A stretch of 64,000 nt of DNA. Origin: a virus. The stretch is taken from the IMG/VR virus record IMGVR_UViG_3300045988_169460; one strand, 5' to 3'. The notes beneath the pieces are model-generated. The model worked only from the letters and a program-made list of their open reading frames with translations. It did not search any database and was not told the origin of the DNA. The position numbers and the translations under genes are program-made. Below are positions 17,977 to 27,547 of this stretch, piece by piece (the first letter of the stretch is position 1; each line of letters opens with the position of its first letter).

Positions 17977-17977
17977 A

Positions 17978-18181
17978 ATGGAAACAATAAAAGTAGGTTT
18001 ATCAAAAGGTGTAACATTGAATTTAGGTAATTATGAAAGTGCAAAATTTGATTGTTGGATGGAAGCAGAAGTATTAGAAAAAGAAAGAGATACAACATTA
18101 GATTTGTTTTCAGAACTTATTGATAATCGTTTAGAACAAGAAGCAAAGGAACTAGAACGTTCCATAGCAAAACGTAAATGA
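17978..18181 (+). CDS. hypothetical protein
   Basis: ATG 7 nt after GGAGGA. Confidence 0.5.
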   Translation: METIKVGLSKGVTLNLGNYESAKFDCWMEAEVLEKERDTTLDLFSELIDNRLEQEAKELERSIAKRK

Positions 18182-18621
18182 TAGTAACAAAAGCACAGGC
18201 AAAGAAGTTATTTGGTGGAGCAATAGTAACTTCTGATAAAAGTGGTATTGTAAAGTCAACAGAAGATTACAGTAAGTTTAAATCTAATGATTGGATAAAA
18301 TATTTTTCAGATAAAGCAAAAGAACATGGCGTAAAATATCAAGTTGTAAAATATAAAGATACCTCTGTAATAAAATCATTAATGGCTACATATCCAAGTA
18401 ATGAAATAAAAAAGATAATTGATTTTCTTTGGGATTCAGATTATCGCTTTAAAGTTGGTGGTAGAGAAAAAACTTTTATGGAATATGGCATTTATTTAAT
18501 GTCTAATGCTTGGTTAAGTAGTTATTATAATTTAGCAGTAGCTTATACAGGAGAGAGCTTAACTCCCAAGCGAGGCTGGAAAGAGGAGACTAAGAATGGT
18601 GGGATAGAAATTGACATCTGA
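18178..18621 (+). CDS. hypothetical protein (replication module)
   Basis: ATGA overlap; precedes the helicase loader. Confidence 0.5.
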   Translation: MIVTKAQAKKLFGGAIVTSDKSGIVKSTEDYSKFKSNDWIKYFSDKAKEHGVKYQVVKYKDTSVIKSLMATYPSNEIKKIIDFLWDSDYRFKVGGREKTFMEYGIYLMSNAWLSSYYNLAVAYTGESLTPKRGWKEETKNGGIEIDI

Positions 18622-19240
18622 TTTACCAACAAGAGAAGGAAAAATGCGGGAATACATAAGTAAAGAATCCTTGTATTTAATGGGGATACCTAGTGGATAT
18701 CAGGGAAAATTTTTATCTGATTATCATTTTGCTGAACCTAAATTAAAGAGTATTATACAAGGTTATGTAACTAATCCTAGAGATATGTTAAATGATTGTG
18801 TTAATCTTTTATTTAGGGGGCAAAATGGAGCTGGAAAGAGCTTTTTAGCTTCTATTATTCTACAAGAGTTATATATTCGTTATTATTCAGGATATTTAAC
18901 TACTTTTAATGAGATTATAAGAAAAACTTATAGCCAACAAGATGTAAGTTCCGTATATGATTCAGAATTTCTAGTAATAGATGAATTAGGGGCAGAAGTA
19001 GATACAGCAAAGGGAGCAGAAAAAGCTTTATTAGAAAATATATTAAAGATTAGAGATACAAAGGGATTACCAACAATAATCTGTACTAATTTAAAATCAG
19101 AAGAGTTAACTAATAGATATGGTTATACTATTGATAGTATGCTAAATCTTTTTATTCAGGTTACATTTACTACTAATGATGGTAGAAGAGAAGCCTTTAG
19201 AAATAAAGATGCTATAAAGAAATTAAGACAGGGGGGATAA
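18611..19240 (+). CDS. DnaC/IstB-like AAA+ helicase loader
   Basis: GQNGAGKSFLA Walker A, FLVIDELG Walker B. Confidence 0.65.
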   Translation: MTSDLPTREGKMREYISKESLYLMGIPSGYQGKFLSDYHFAEPKLKSIIQGYVTNPRDMLNDCVNLLFRGQNGAGKSFLASIILQELYIRYYSGYLTTFNEIIRKTYSQQDVSSVYDSEFLVIDELGAEVDTAKGAEKALLENILKIRDTKGLPTIICTNLKSEELTNRYGYTIDSMLNLFIQVTFTTNDGRREAFRNKDAIKKLRQGG

Positions 19241-19241
19241 T

Positions 19242-19421
19242 ATGGATTTAGAAAATGTAAAAAATGATTGTTGCATTAATTGCAGTTCTGTAGAAGTATT
19301 TGCATATGTAGAGCATGACCATTTACCTTTATGTAGGAATTGTTATAAATTATATGATAAAAATGAAATTAATGCTGGACAATTAAGGGAGAAAAGACGT
19401 GAAAAGAGGGCAGTTAACTAA
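19242..19421 (+). CDS. small zinc-ribbon protein (59 aa, below ORF-track cutoff)
   Basis: CCINC...CRNC pairs; ATG directly after upstream stop. Confidence 0.4.
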   Translation: MDLENVKNDCCINCSSVEVFAYVEHDHLPLCRNCYKLYDKNEINAGQLREKRREKRAVN

Positions 19422-19809
19422 TCAATCTCTTCCAATTATCGCCTTTAATTTAGAGAGTTGTTTTTTTAATAATAAAACAACATTCGTTAACGAATTATTT
19501 AAAGACAAATATGAAATTTTAGGAATGCAGTATAACCCTCAACATTTAGATACTATTATGAAGATTTGGAAAAGTGGGAAATACTCAATTCATTTAGTAA
19601 CTTATAAAGACCCTAAAGAGTGGAAAGAACTTGAAGGATTTTTATTTGAAAAGTATTTATATTTTAATAATTTAGAATTCATTGAAGGTTTTAAAGAATT
19701 GAAGAGGTTTTGTGAATTAAAATATCTTTATTATGTAGATGATGGGGATAAATTATTTTTACCTAAGAACGCTGTGTCTATGCAAGAGTTTTTAGGGGTG
19801 ATGAAATGA
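19399..19809 (+). CDS. hypothetical protein
   Basis: GTG start after GGGAG. Confidence 0.5.
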   Translation: MKRGQLTNQSLPIIAFNLESCFFNNKTTFVNELFKDKYEILGMQYNPQHLDTIMKIWKSGKYSIHLVTYKDPKEWKELEGFLFEKYLYFNNLEFIEGFKELKRFCELKYLYYVDDGDKLFLPKNAVSMQEFLGVMK

Positions 19810-20357
19810 GTGTAGATTCTAATTTTATTTTAAAATTATTAGAAACTAAGGATTGGAAAACAGTAGCAGAAAAAAGAATATCAGCTAAGTTTTTTAATCC
19901 AGCTTATAAAAGAGTATTTAATTATATTTCAGACTTTAAAATTAAATATGGAGATATTCCTAGCACGGAATCATTAAAATCAAGATTTCCAGAACTTGAT
20001 TTTAATGGAAGGGTAACAGAGCCATTTGAATTTTATTGCGATGAGTTAAGAAATAAAGTTAAACACAATTTGTTAAGGGATACAATACTTTCTGTGCAAA
20101 CAGATATAAACTCATTAAATACAGAAGAAGCAGTTAAGAAGTTACAGAAATTAATACAAAATATTGATTCTGAAATTGTTCTTAATGATACCTGTAAAAT
20201 AGGTGAAAGAACAGAAGAGCGTTTTGAGCAGTATAAAGAGCGGCAAAAAACAGGGGGCATTTCTGGCATGCCTATAGGCTTATTGCCTATTGATAAACAA
20301 ATAGGTGGCGTAAAAGAATTAGACCTTATAACTTTTTTAGGATACACAGGAACTGGT
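19806..20357 (+). CDS. dnaB: replicative DnaB-type helicase, exon 1
   Basis: ends ...LGYTGTG inside the Walker A loop; continuation KTWLL... lies at 21373. Confidence 0.75.
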
Positions 20358-21372
20358 AAATTAATATGGACTTAAAAGATAAAAAAATAGTAGGATTGGA
20401 GCTTTATAAAAGTGGGATGTCATTAACAGAAATATCTAAGAAATTAAAAATTAGCAGAAAAACTATTACAAAATATGTAAAAGAGAGTGGTATAAAGATA
20501 GAAAAAAACGTACATAAATATTTTATAAATTCAAGCTATTTTAAAGTTATTGATAGCGAAGCTAAAGCTTATTTTCTTGGGTTATTTATGGCTGATGGAT
20601 GCGTTATCAAAAGAAAATCTTATGTTTTTGAGATTACCTTAAAAAGCGAAGATGCTTATATTTTAGAAGCATTTTTGCAGGATGCTAAAGGAACTTATTT
20701 AATAAAAGATAAGGTTGTTAAATATAGAAATAATAATGTTATATATAAAAGATTAATTATTAGTGATTCAGAATTTTGTCGAAATTTAATTAAGCAAGGA
20801 GTAGTTCCTAATAAAAGCTTAATTGCTAATCCCCCACTTTTAAATGATAAATATAAAAGACATTTTATAAGAGGCTTATTAGATGGGGATGGGCATTATT
20901 CTAAATCACGAAGAAGAATAACATTAACTACTACTTATAATTTATTAAAGTATGTTTTACAAGCATTTAATGCTGATATTTCTTTAATACATCTCAAAAA
21001 TAATATTGCTTATTTTGATATTTCTAAAAACTATTATTTAATTATCATCTATTTATATTTTAATGCACATTATTATATTAATAGAAAACGAGAGTCTATT
21101 CTTGCCGTCTTACATAGATACGGTAAAGATATGTAAGATTACGAGGGGGCAAAATCGGTAAAAGCTGTAAAATGCTAATACCGAGGTAACTGGATAATCC
21201 AGCACCGTAACGCATAGAGATTGGAATAATATCTCCACGAGTGTCCTCCACATACCGTACACTTTTGTGGAAGTGAAAATATATGCTATACTGGAATGGA
21301 ATTGACCATTCGATGAAAATGAAGGAAACTTCCAGAGCTACAGATAAAAAGCTGTAGGTTAATAACAATTAG
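20358..21372 (+). mobile_element. probable group I intron carrying a LAGLIDADG homing endonuclease
   Basis: splits the P-loop GTG/KT; 5' exon ends in U and intron ends in G; 236-nt structured non-coding tail with AATCCAGCACC Q-like element. Confidence 0.65.
20366..21136 (+). CDS. LAGLIDADG homing endonuclease with N-terminal HTH
   Basis: two motifs YFLGLFMADGCV and FIRGLLDGDGHY; out of frame with the helicase exons. Confidence 0.8.
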   Translation: MDLKDKKIVGLELYKSGMSLTEISKKLKISRKTITKYVKESGIKIEKNVHKYFINSSYFKVIDSEAKAYFLGLFMADGCVIKRKSYVFEITLKSEDAYILEAFLQDAKGTYLIKDKVVKYRNNNVIYKRLIISDSEFCRNLIKQGVVPNKSLIANPPLLNDKYKRHFIRGLLDGDGHYSKSRRRITLTTTYNLLKYVLQAFNADISLIHLKNNIAYFDISKNYYLIIIYLYFNAHYYINRKRESILAVLHRYGKDM

Positions 21373-22068
21373 AAAACGTGGCTCCTGTGTATTATTGCCG
21401 TAGCAATGGCGAAAATGGGATATAAAGTTTTATTCCTAACAAAAGAAATGTTGCCATCTCAATTAATAGATAGAATTGATGCTATATGGTCGGGTATAAG
21501 TTATTCTCGTATTAAAGATGGTCAATTAGCACCACAAGAAGAAGAAAGATATCATAAGTATCTTTTAGAAGAAGCTCCAAAATATAAAGATAAATTAATT
21601 GTTGAATTAATTGAAGGTGGTGTAATATCTTGTGGAAGTTCTATTGATTTACATAGACCTGATGTTTGTTTAATTGATGGTGGCTACTTAATGGCAGATG
21701 ATTCTGAGGATGACGATTGGAGGGGCATTCTAGAAGTATGGCGAGGATTTAAAGCATTAGCCAGAAACAGAAAGGTTCCAATTCTTTGTACTTCACAGTT
21801 AAAAGGAGAAACTGCAACATTAAGTAATATTTCTTATGTTAAGGCACTTGCCCAAGATTGTGATGCTGTTTATGGATTAGAACAAGATAAAACAGATAAA
21901 GCGGAAAAAGAAATAAAAATAGTAACTTTAAAAGTACGTGATGGCGAATGGAAACCGCCTTTTAAAATGAGTTGGGATTTTACTGAAATGAAACATGATT
22001 TATTATATGTAGAAGAAGAGAAGAAGAGAACACCAATAGCGGTAAAACAAATACAAAGGATTGAGTAG
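21373..22068 (+). CDS. dnaB: replicative DnaB-type helicase, exon 2
   Basis: KTWLLCIIAVAMAKMGYKVLFLTKEM completes Walker A; RecA-fold C-terminal domain. Confidence 0.75.
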   Translation, partial: KTWLLCIIAVAMAKMGYKVLFLTKEMLPSQLIDRIDAIWSGISYSRIKDGQLAPQEEERYHKYLLEEAPKYKDKLIVELIEGGVISCGSSIDLHRPDVCLIDGGYLMADDSEDDDWRGILEVWRGFKALARNRKVPILCTSQLKGETATLSNISYVKALAQDCDAVYGLEQDKTDKAEKEIKIVTLKVRDGEWKPPFKMSWDFTEMKHDLLYVEEEKKRTPIAVKQIQRIE

Positions 22069-23041
22069 TATGAGAGTAGAAGAACTTTTAACTGTATGCG
22101 AAGTATTAAATATAAAGAATATTAAAATAGTAGGTAATGATATTATGGCATCTTGTTGCTTTCATCGAGATACACGTCCTTCTTTTGGTTTAAATGCTGA
22201 AAAGGGATGTTACCATTGTTTTGGTTGTGGTGAAAGTGGGACAATAGTTGGTTTAATAGCAAAGTGTCTAAATATCTCTTATGCCGAAGCAAGAATAAAG
22301 CTTGATGAAATAATTGGAGAACAAGCGCAAAAGGTTGAAGAAGTTCCTTTACGAGAATATGAAGAAGTTCCTGAGCAGAAAGAAAGATTTGTTTTATCTA
22401 ATTCTTCATTAGGGGCATTTCAAAGTGGGCAAATATTTCATAAATATTTTATTGACCGAGGATTCAGCCAAGAAGACCAGCAAAGATTTTTATTTGGCTG
22501 GGATGCACAAAAGAAACGAGTTACTATTCCAGTATTTTGGGAAGATAGTTCATTATGTGGTTTTATAGGAAGGGCAGTATTAAATGATAAAACGCCAGAA
22601 TATGCAAATGTATATGGCAAAGCTCCTAAATACTATGTATATGACAATTTTCCACGTTCGGGAATTTTATTTCCCTTGAATTTGTTCAGACCTGTTAATG
22701 ATTCTGTTATTTTAGTAGAGGGAGTATTAGATGCTTTGTGGTTACAAAAACACGGTTATGCTAATACTTTAGCTATGTTAACTTGCAGTATTTCAGAGGC
22801 TCAAATTTCACTTCTGAGGAGTTTTAATATCAAAAAGGTAATATTAGCCTTAGACGGAGATAAAGCTGGTCAGAGTGGCTGTAAACGCATATATGACCTA
22901 TGTAAAGATGAGTTTATATTCAGTATTGTAAATTACCCTGAAAATTGTAAAGATGTTCAAGATATGAATAAAGAACAATTAGATTATATGTTTAATAATT
23001 TAGAGATGTATCCAAGATTAAAATTAAGAAAAATAGAATAG
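22061..23041 (+). CDS. dnaG: DnaG-type DNA primase
   Basis: CHC2 zinc finger CCFHRDTRPSF...CFGCGESG; TOPRIM VEGVLDA...ALDGDKAG. Confidence 0.85.
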   Translation: MSSMRVEELLTVCEVLNIKNIKIVGNDIMASCCFHRDTRPSFGLNAEKGCYHCFGCGESGTIVGLIAKCLNISYAEARIKLDEIIGEQAQKVEEVPLREYEEVPEQKERFVLSNSSLGAFQSGQIFHKYFIDRGFSQEDQQRFLFGWDAQKKRVTIPVFWEDSSLCGFIGRAVLNDKTPEYANVYGKAPKYYVYDNFPRSGILFPLNLFRPVNDSVILVEGVLDALWLQKHGYANTLAMLTCSISEAQISLLRSFNIKKVILALDGDKAGQSGCKRIYDLCKDEFIFSIVNYPENCKDVQDMNKEQLDYMFNNLEMYPRLKLRKIE

Positions 23042-23052
23042 GAGAAAAAAGA

Positions 23053-23781
23053 ATGGTAGCTTCAATTTTTAAAAGAGGATTTCAAGCAAGAACAGAGGTA
23101 GAAAAGACCACTAAAAAAGGTGGCTATATTAAAGATTATTTTTTAACAGTGAGAGATGCCGCAGATGCGCCAGTTAGATTTTTAACTGATGAGCCAATTA
23201 GTTTTTGGAGCCATAATGTCCAAGAAGGTGGTAGATATAATAATTATGCTTGTACATGTGAACCTGATTGTCCATTATGTCAAGCTGGTGTACCTAGAAG
23301 CTTTAAATCAGCTTATTTAGTTGTAGATGGTAGACAAGGTAGCTATATTAGCAAAAAGACAGGTGAAAAAGTAGAGTTTGATAAAGCAGTTGCTGTTCTT
23401 TTAAGAGGAAATGATTGTGGTATTATTGAACGTAATAGACAGCGTTATGGGTTGTTAGATGCACCCTATTATGCAACTCGTATGGGACAGAAACCTAGTA
23501 TTTCTTATTTGTTTGACAAAGCAGGAGCAGAGATTTTTACAAAATATCCATATTTAGATAAAGATATTTTTGCTATTGGGGAGTTAAATGAAGCGGCTAA
23601 AGAAAAAATCCAGGAATTAATTCCTGATAAATATAGAGGACTTGATTATTACGAAATTATTGAAAAGAAATTCCCATTTTACGGTGTTGAAGACACCTCT
23701 TTTGATACAACAACACTTGTAGAGCCTGAGCCTATTCGTCCAGCAGGGCTTAATAGAGTTTTGGTAAGGGAAGTGGATTAA
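23053..23781 (+). CDS. gp32-like single-stranded DNA-binding protein
   Basis: VRFLTDEP...H...CTCEPDCPLCQ resembles the T4 gp32 Zn-binding OB core. Confidence 0.55.
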   Translation: MVASIFKRGFQARTEVEKTTKKGGYIKDYFLTVRDAADAPVRFLTDEPISFWSHNVQEGGRYNNYACTCEPDCPLCQAGVPRSFKSAYLVVDGRQGSYISKKTGEKVEFDKAVAVLLRGNDCGIIERNRQRYGLLDAPYYATRMGQKPSISYLFDKAGAEIFTKYPYLDKDIFAIGELNEAAKEKIQELIPDKYRGLDYYEIIEKKFPFYGVEDTSFDTTTLVEPEPIRPAGLNRVLVREVD

Positions 23782-24182
23782 TGGATAAATGGTCTCAAAA
23801 AGCATTAGATTCTTGTATGAAGTATTGGCAGAAAATTTTAGGACTTAGTCATTGGGATATAGTTATTACATATGCAAATAATAGGGATATTGAATATTTA
23901 TTGGGCTACCCAGCATTAGCAAGTATTTCTTCTAGCCCTTCTATGGAGAGGGCAATAATTCGGATAAACAGTAATCCTGAGCTTGACGAAGATGCTATTA
24001 TAAATGGCAGTGATGATGTTGAGTGGAGTATACTTCACGAATTATTGCATCTTTATTACCTAGATTTACATATAAATAAAGAAGATAAAGCACAAACAGA
24101 ATTGATAGAAAAAATTATCAATAAGACTTGTAAGGCATTATTGACTACAGGAAGGTTTAGAAATGGGCGCAATAGCAGATAG
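23781..24182 (+). CDS. putative zinc metallopeptidase
   Basis: HELLH (HExxH) motif. Confidence 0.4.
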   Translation: MDKWSQKALDSCMKYWQKILGLSHWDIVITYANNRDIEYLLGYPALASISSSPSMERAIIRINSNPELDEDAIINGSDDVEWSILHELLHLYYLDLHINKEDKAQTELIEKIINKTCKALLTTGRFRNGRNSR

Positions 24183-24453
24183 ACAAACTTTAATTAATAA
24201 AATAGCAGAACAAAATAATATTACTTCAACAGAGGCAAATAATATTATTAAGATGTTTTGTAAAGGTGTAGAAGGAGTTTTAGAAGAATATGCTGGATTA
24301 GTTTTGCCTAGATATTTTTCTTTAGTATCTAGACAACAAGATATAAAAACTTCTTATAACATTCATACTAAGACTTTTCAAGATAGAAAACCTTTTAACA
24401 GGTTTATTTTTAAGCCAAGTAAAAAATGGAAGAAGTTAATTAATAAGGAGTGA
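24163..24453 (+). CDS. HU/IHF-family DNA-binding protein
   Basis: length and pattern LINKIAE...S..EA...I..F...V...L; FKPSKKWKKLIN C-terminus. Confidence 0.6.
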   Translation: MGAIADRQTLINKIAEQNNITSTEANNIIKMFCKGVEGVLEEYAGLVLPRYFSLVSRQQDIKTSYNIHTKTFQDRKPFNRFIFKPSKKWKKLINKE

Positions 24454-24457
24454 TTAT

Positions 24458-26122
24458 TTGTTTCATCAAAGATTCTTTAAATTAACTATTGTCAATAAAG
24501 AGAATGTTGATAGATTTTTTGAGGAATATGAACGAGCGAAACAAATTTTCTTTGACTTTGAAACTTCTGGATTAGATGTAAGATATAAGGGGAAAGATTA
24601 TGCAGTAGGATTAACAATAGCCTTTGAAGATAGTGTCAGTAAGGAAGTATATTATATTCCTTTCAGGCACTATTTTGAAGGTAGCTATATTGGTTGTGGG
24701 AGACTTGATTACCGTAAAAACACTGCGGTTTTTGATGATGCCAAAAATTTTCCTGATTTTTTACCAGAAAAGTTTTCAGGAGAATATTATAATATGGATA
24801 TTGTTGATTTTATGGAACGATTGAAGCCTTTAATGGAAAATGGTGGGAAAGAGTATATAGCCCATCATATTTCATTTGACTTACATTTATTTGCAAATGA
24901 AGGTGTAGATATAGTAAAAGTGTTTGAAACAAATACTTTTACTGATACACAAATAGCTGTACATACTTTAGATGAAGAACAAGAGAAGAATTTAGAAGCA
25001 GTAACTGAAACAATTTTCTCTGTAAAAAAATCTCATTTTAAAGATACTATTATGACAGTTACTAAAGAGGAAAAGAAACTTTTGGGATTAGCTTCTAATA
25101 GTAATGCTAGTTTTCAACACGTTCAGATTCCAATAGGAGCACAATATTCAGCAGAAGATGTATATTTTATGAAAGAAATGTATGAACCAATTCTTAATGC
25201 GTTAAGAGAAGATGGTGGTTACGAATATTTTAGAGAAGTACGAATGCCATATATGAAAGTTTTGTGGAAAATGGAACGTAATGGAATCAAAGTTGACATA
25301 GAAAAACTTGAAGGTATGATAAAATTAGCAGAAGAAAAATTGGAAGAATTAACATACAAAATATATGAAGTAGTAGGAGCTAAATTTAATATTAATAGTG
25401 GTCAACAACTGTTTGAAATATTATATGGTTTTAAAAAGAAATTAAAGGATAGGAAAACAGGGGAATATAGAGAATCTTTTAATGAGGATTTAGTAGCATT
25501 AAATTTTGGTTTTCAGCCTATAGCATGGACAGATGGTGGAAAATCAAGAGATATAGCATTAAGAACGCCAAAGACAGATAAAGATGCATTAAAAAAATTA
25601 TTAAGACAAACTCCTAAAAGAGAAGATGGGCATAAATTAATTAAACTTCTACAAGATTATTTTAAATTAACAAAATTGTATACAGCATTTATGCTAGGTA
25701 TAAAAGAAAAAATGTATTGTGATGGAAAAGTACATCCAAGCTTCAACCAAAATGGAACATCATCATTTAGGTTAAGTTGTTCTGAACCGAACTACCAACA
25801 GCTTCCTAAGCCTTTAGAAGAGCCTAAAGATGGTGAAGATAGAAGTTACTATGATTTTTGGATACAATTTGAAATAAGAAGTTTAATGATAGCTGATAAT
25901 GAAGATGAAGTAATTGTTGCGGCAGATTATCATGCTCTGGAAAAGTTTTTAACAGCACATTTTTCAAAAGACCCATTGTTGATTAAAATGCTAAAAGAGA
26001 AACTTGACCCACATGGGACAGTAGCAACTATTATTTTTCCAGAATTAGCAGATGCAGACCCAAATTCAATTAAGAAATTAGCACCACATAAAAGAAATGT
26101 GGCTAAGACTGTAGGTTTCGCT
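24458..26122 (+). CDS. polA: family A DNA polymerase, exon 1 (3'-5' exonuclease and palm/fingers)
   Basis: FFDFETSGLD ExoI motif; ends KRNVAKTVGFA inside motif B. Confidence 0.85.
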
Positions 26123-26330
26123 CAAATCTAGGGTGAAGTAAAATCCCTCTCAAAACGGTGAAAGCCTAACAGGTCAATACCGTGCCGAACTCTGTGAAAA
26201 CAGCGGTGTAGAGACTTATAATGTATCGGCTATGTTTAAACATAAATCAATCGAATACATTTAATGGGGGATAGGAGCAAGCTCCTAAAGGTATAGTCCG
26301 ACACTCTTGGCAACAGGAGAAAACAGAATG
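26123..26330 (+). mobile_element. ORF-less group I intron 1 in polA
   Basis: P1: exon UUCGCU pairs GGUGAA (26132-26137) with U:G at the splice site; P10: AUCUA (26126-26130) pairs exon UAGAU (26332-26336); R-like GTAGAGACTTA, S-like GGTATAGTCC; ends in G. Confidence 0.75.
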
Positions 26331-26690
26331 GTAGATTATGGCGGTTCAAAAATAGCGGTAGCAAGAAATCTAGAAATAGATGAAAAGACCGCACAAGAAT
26401 ATATAGATAGGTATTTTGAAGGTTTTGCAGGATTAAAAAAATATGATAGAGATTTAATTCAATTTGCTAGAAAGAATGGTTATATAGAAACACTATTTTC
26501 TGGGCATAAACGTCACTTGTGGGGGATAAATTCCCAAGATGGTAGAACACGCTCATACTATGAACGATTAGCAGTTAATTCAAAATCACAAGGGGCGGCG
26601 GCAGATTGCACAACATTAGCACAGATAGATGTGGATAATGATGTAGTATTAAAATCTATTGGTGCAAGACAAATACTTAATGTACACGAT
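26331..26690 (+). CDS. polA: family A DNA polymerase, exon 2
   Basis: VDYGGSKIAVARNL completes motif B; ends ...ILNVHD inside motif C. Confidence 0.85.
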
Positions 26691-27007
26691 AAACTTTAGT
26701 CAAATAACTTGTCGTGTTTAAACTCTTCGATATGCTGGAACGCAAAAATACAGTATTACCAAAGAGTGACAATATACTGTATATCACGAAAGTGTGTAGC
26801 CAATCAGCAGGGAGGAAATGAGAGCATTTCACCCTCACAGACTAACAAAAGCATAGAATAGTAGGAACTGCACATTACTACTATTTGAGAAGTGAGTAGA
26901 GTACGGCTTTGTTGAGATACAAAGTGGGTTGACATCCTTAAATGGAAGCGGGGAGGCATAGTGCAGATGTATGATATAGTCGAGTGTGTTTTTAAGCATA
27001 CGTTATG
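26691..27007 (+). mobile_element. ORF-less group I intron 2 in polA
   Basis: P1: exon ACACGAU pairs GUCGUGU (26711-26717) with U:G at the splice site; Q AATCAGCAGG, R CACAGACTAACA, S TGATATAGTCG elements; ends in G. Confidence 0.75.
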
Positions 27008-27163
27008 GAGATAGTCATGGTATGTCCTAAAAAGTTTGCAAAATTATGCAAGCAGAGATTAACTTTTCATATGGAAAATTGTTTACCAAGTAGGGGCATA
27101 AATTTAACAATTCCATTGGAAGCAGTAGGAGATATAGGTAGAACTTATAGTGAAGCAAAATAA
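27008..27163 (+). CDS. polA: family A DNA polymerase, exon 3
   Basis: EIVMVCPKK... restores VHDE motif C in frame; stop TAA 27161-27163. Confidence 0.8.
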   Translation, partial: EIVMVCPKKFAKLCKQRLTFHMENCLPSRGINLTIPLEAVGDIGRTYSEAK

Positions 27164-27166
27164 TGC

Positions 27167-27195
27167 TTGACAAAAATAAGATTATGTGGTATAAT
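27167..27195 (+). promoter_or_regulatory. sigma-A-type promoter
   Basis: TTGACA, 17-nt spacer, TGgTATAAT. Confidence 0.7.
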
Positions 27196-27210
27196 AAGGA
27201 GGTAAAGAAT

Positions 27211-27543
27211 ATGACAATTAAAGTGGGCGGACAGATGGTAGATGATTTAGTTTACAGAGGAGATGCTTCTGTTTCTAAAACATCTTTAGGTGAATATGAA
27301 GAAGTTTTAAAACTTTTAGAAGCACAAGTAGGGATGCTTGAAGACATAAATAATCGTTTACAAAAGTGTGTTGTTGGGGAGACCATTTCAGTTGAAAGTG
27401 TAGCCCCAGAAGGTTTAGTGCCAAATGTTCTTGGTATACGTTTAAGTAGATTAGAGGATAAGTTAGGTGCTGTTATTAGAGATTACTCTGATTGTGTTGA
27501 TGTAATTGAAGAGAAACTAGGAAATATGACATTACAGGGGTGA
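27211..27543 (+). CDS. hypothetical protein
   Basis: ATG 8 nt after AAGGAGG. Confidence 0.55.
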   Translation: MTIKVGGQMVDDLVYRGDASVSKTSLGEYEEVLKLLEAQVGMLEDINNRLQKCVVGETISVESVAPEGLVPNVLGIRLSRLEDKLGAVIRDYSDCVDVIEEKLGNMTLQG

Positions 27544-27547
27544 TACT

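Noticed and set aside
20358-21372. Intein in the DnaB helicase
   Set aside because: The LAGLIDADG ORF is out of frame with both helicase parts. It is preceded by a stop in the exon frame (20373-20375) and followed by 236 nt with multiple stops. That fits an intron, not an in-frame intein.
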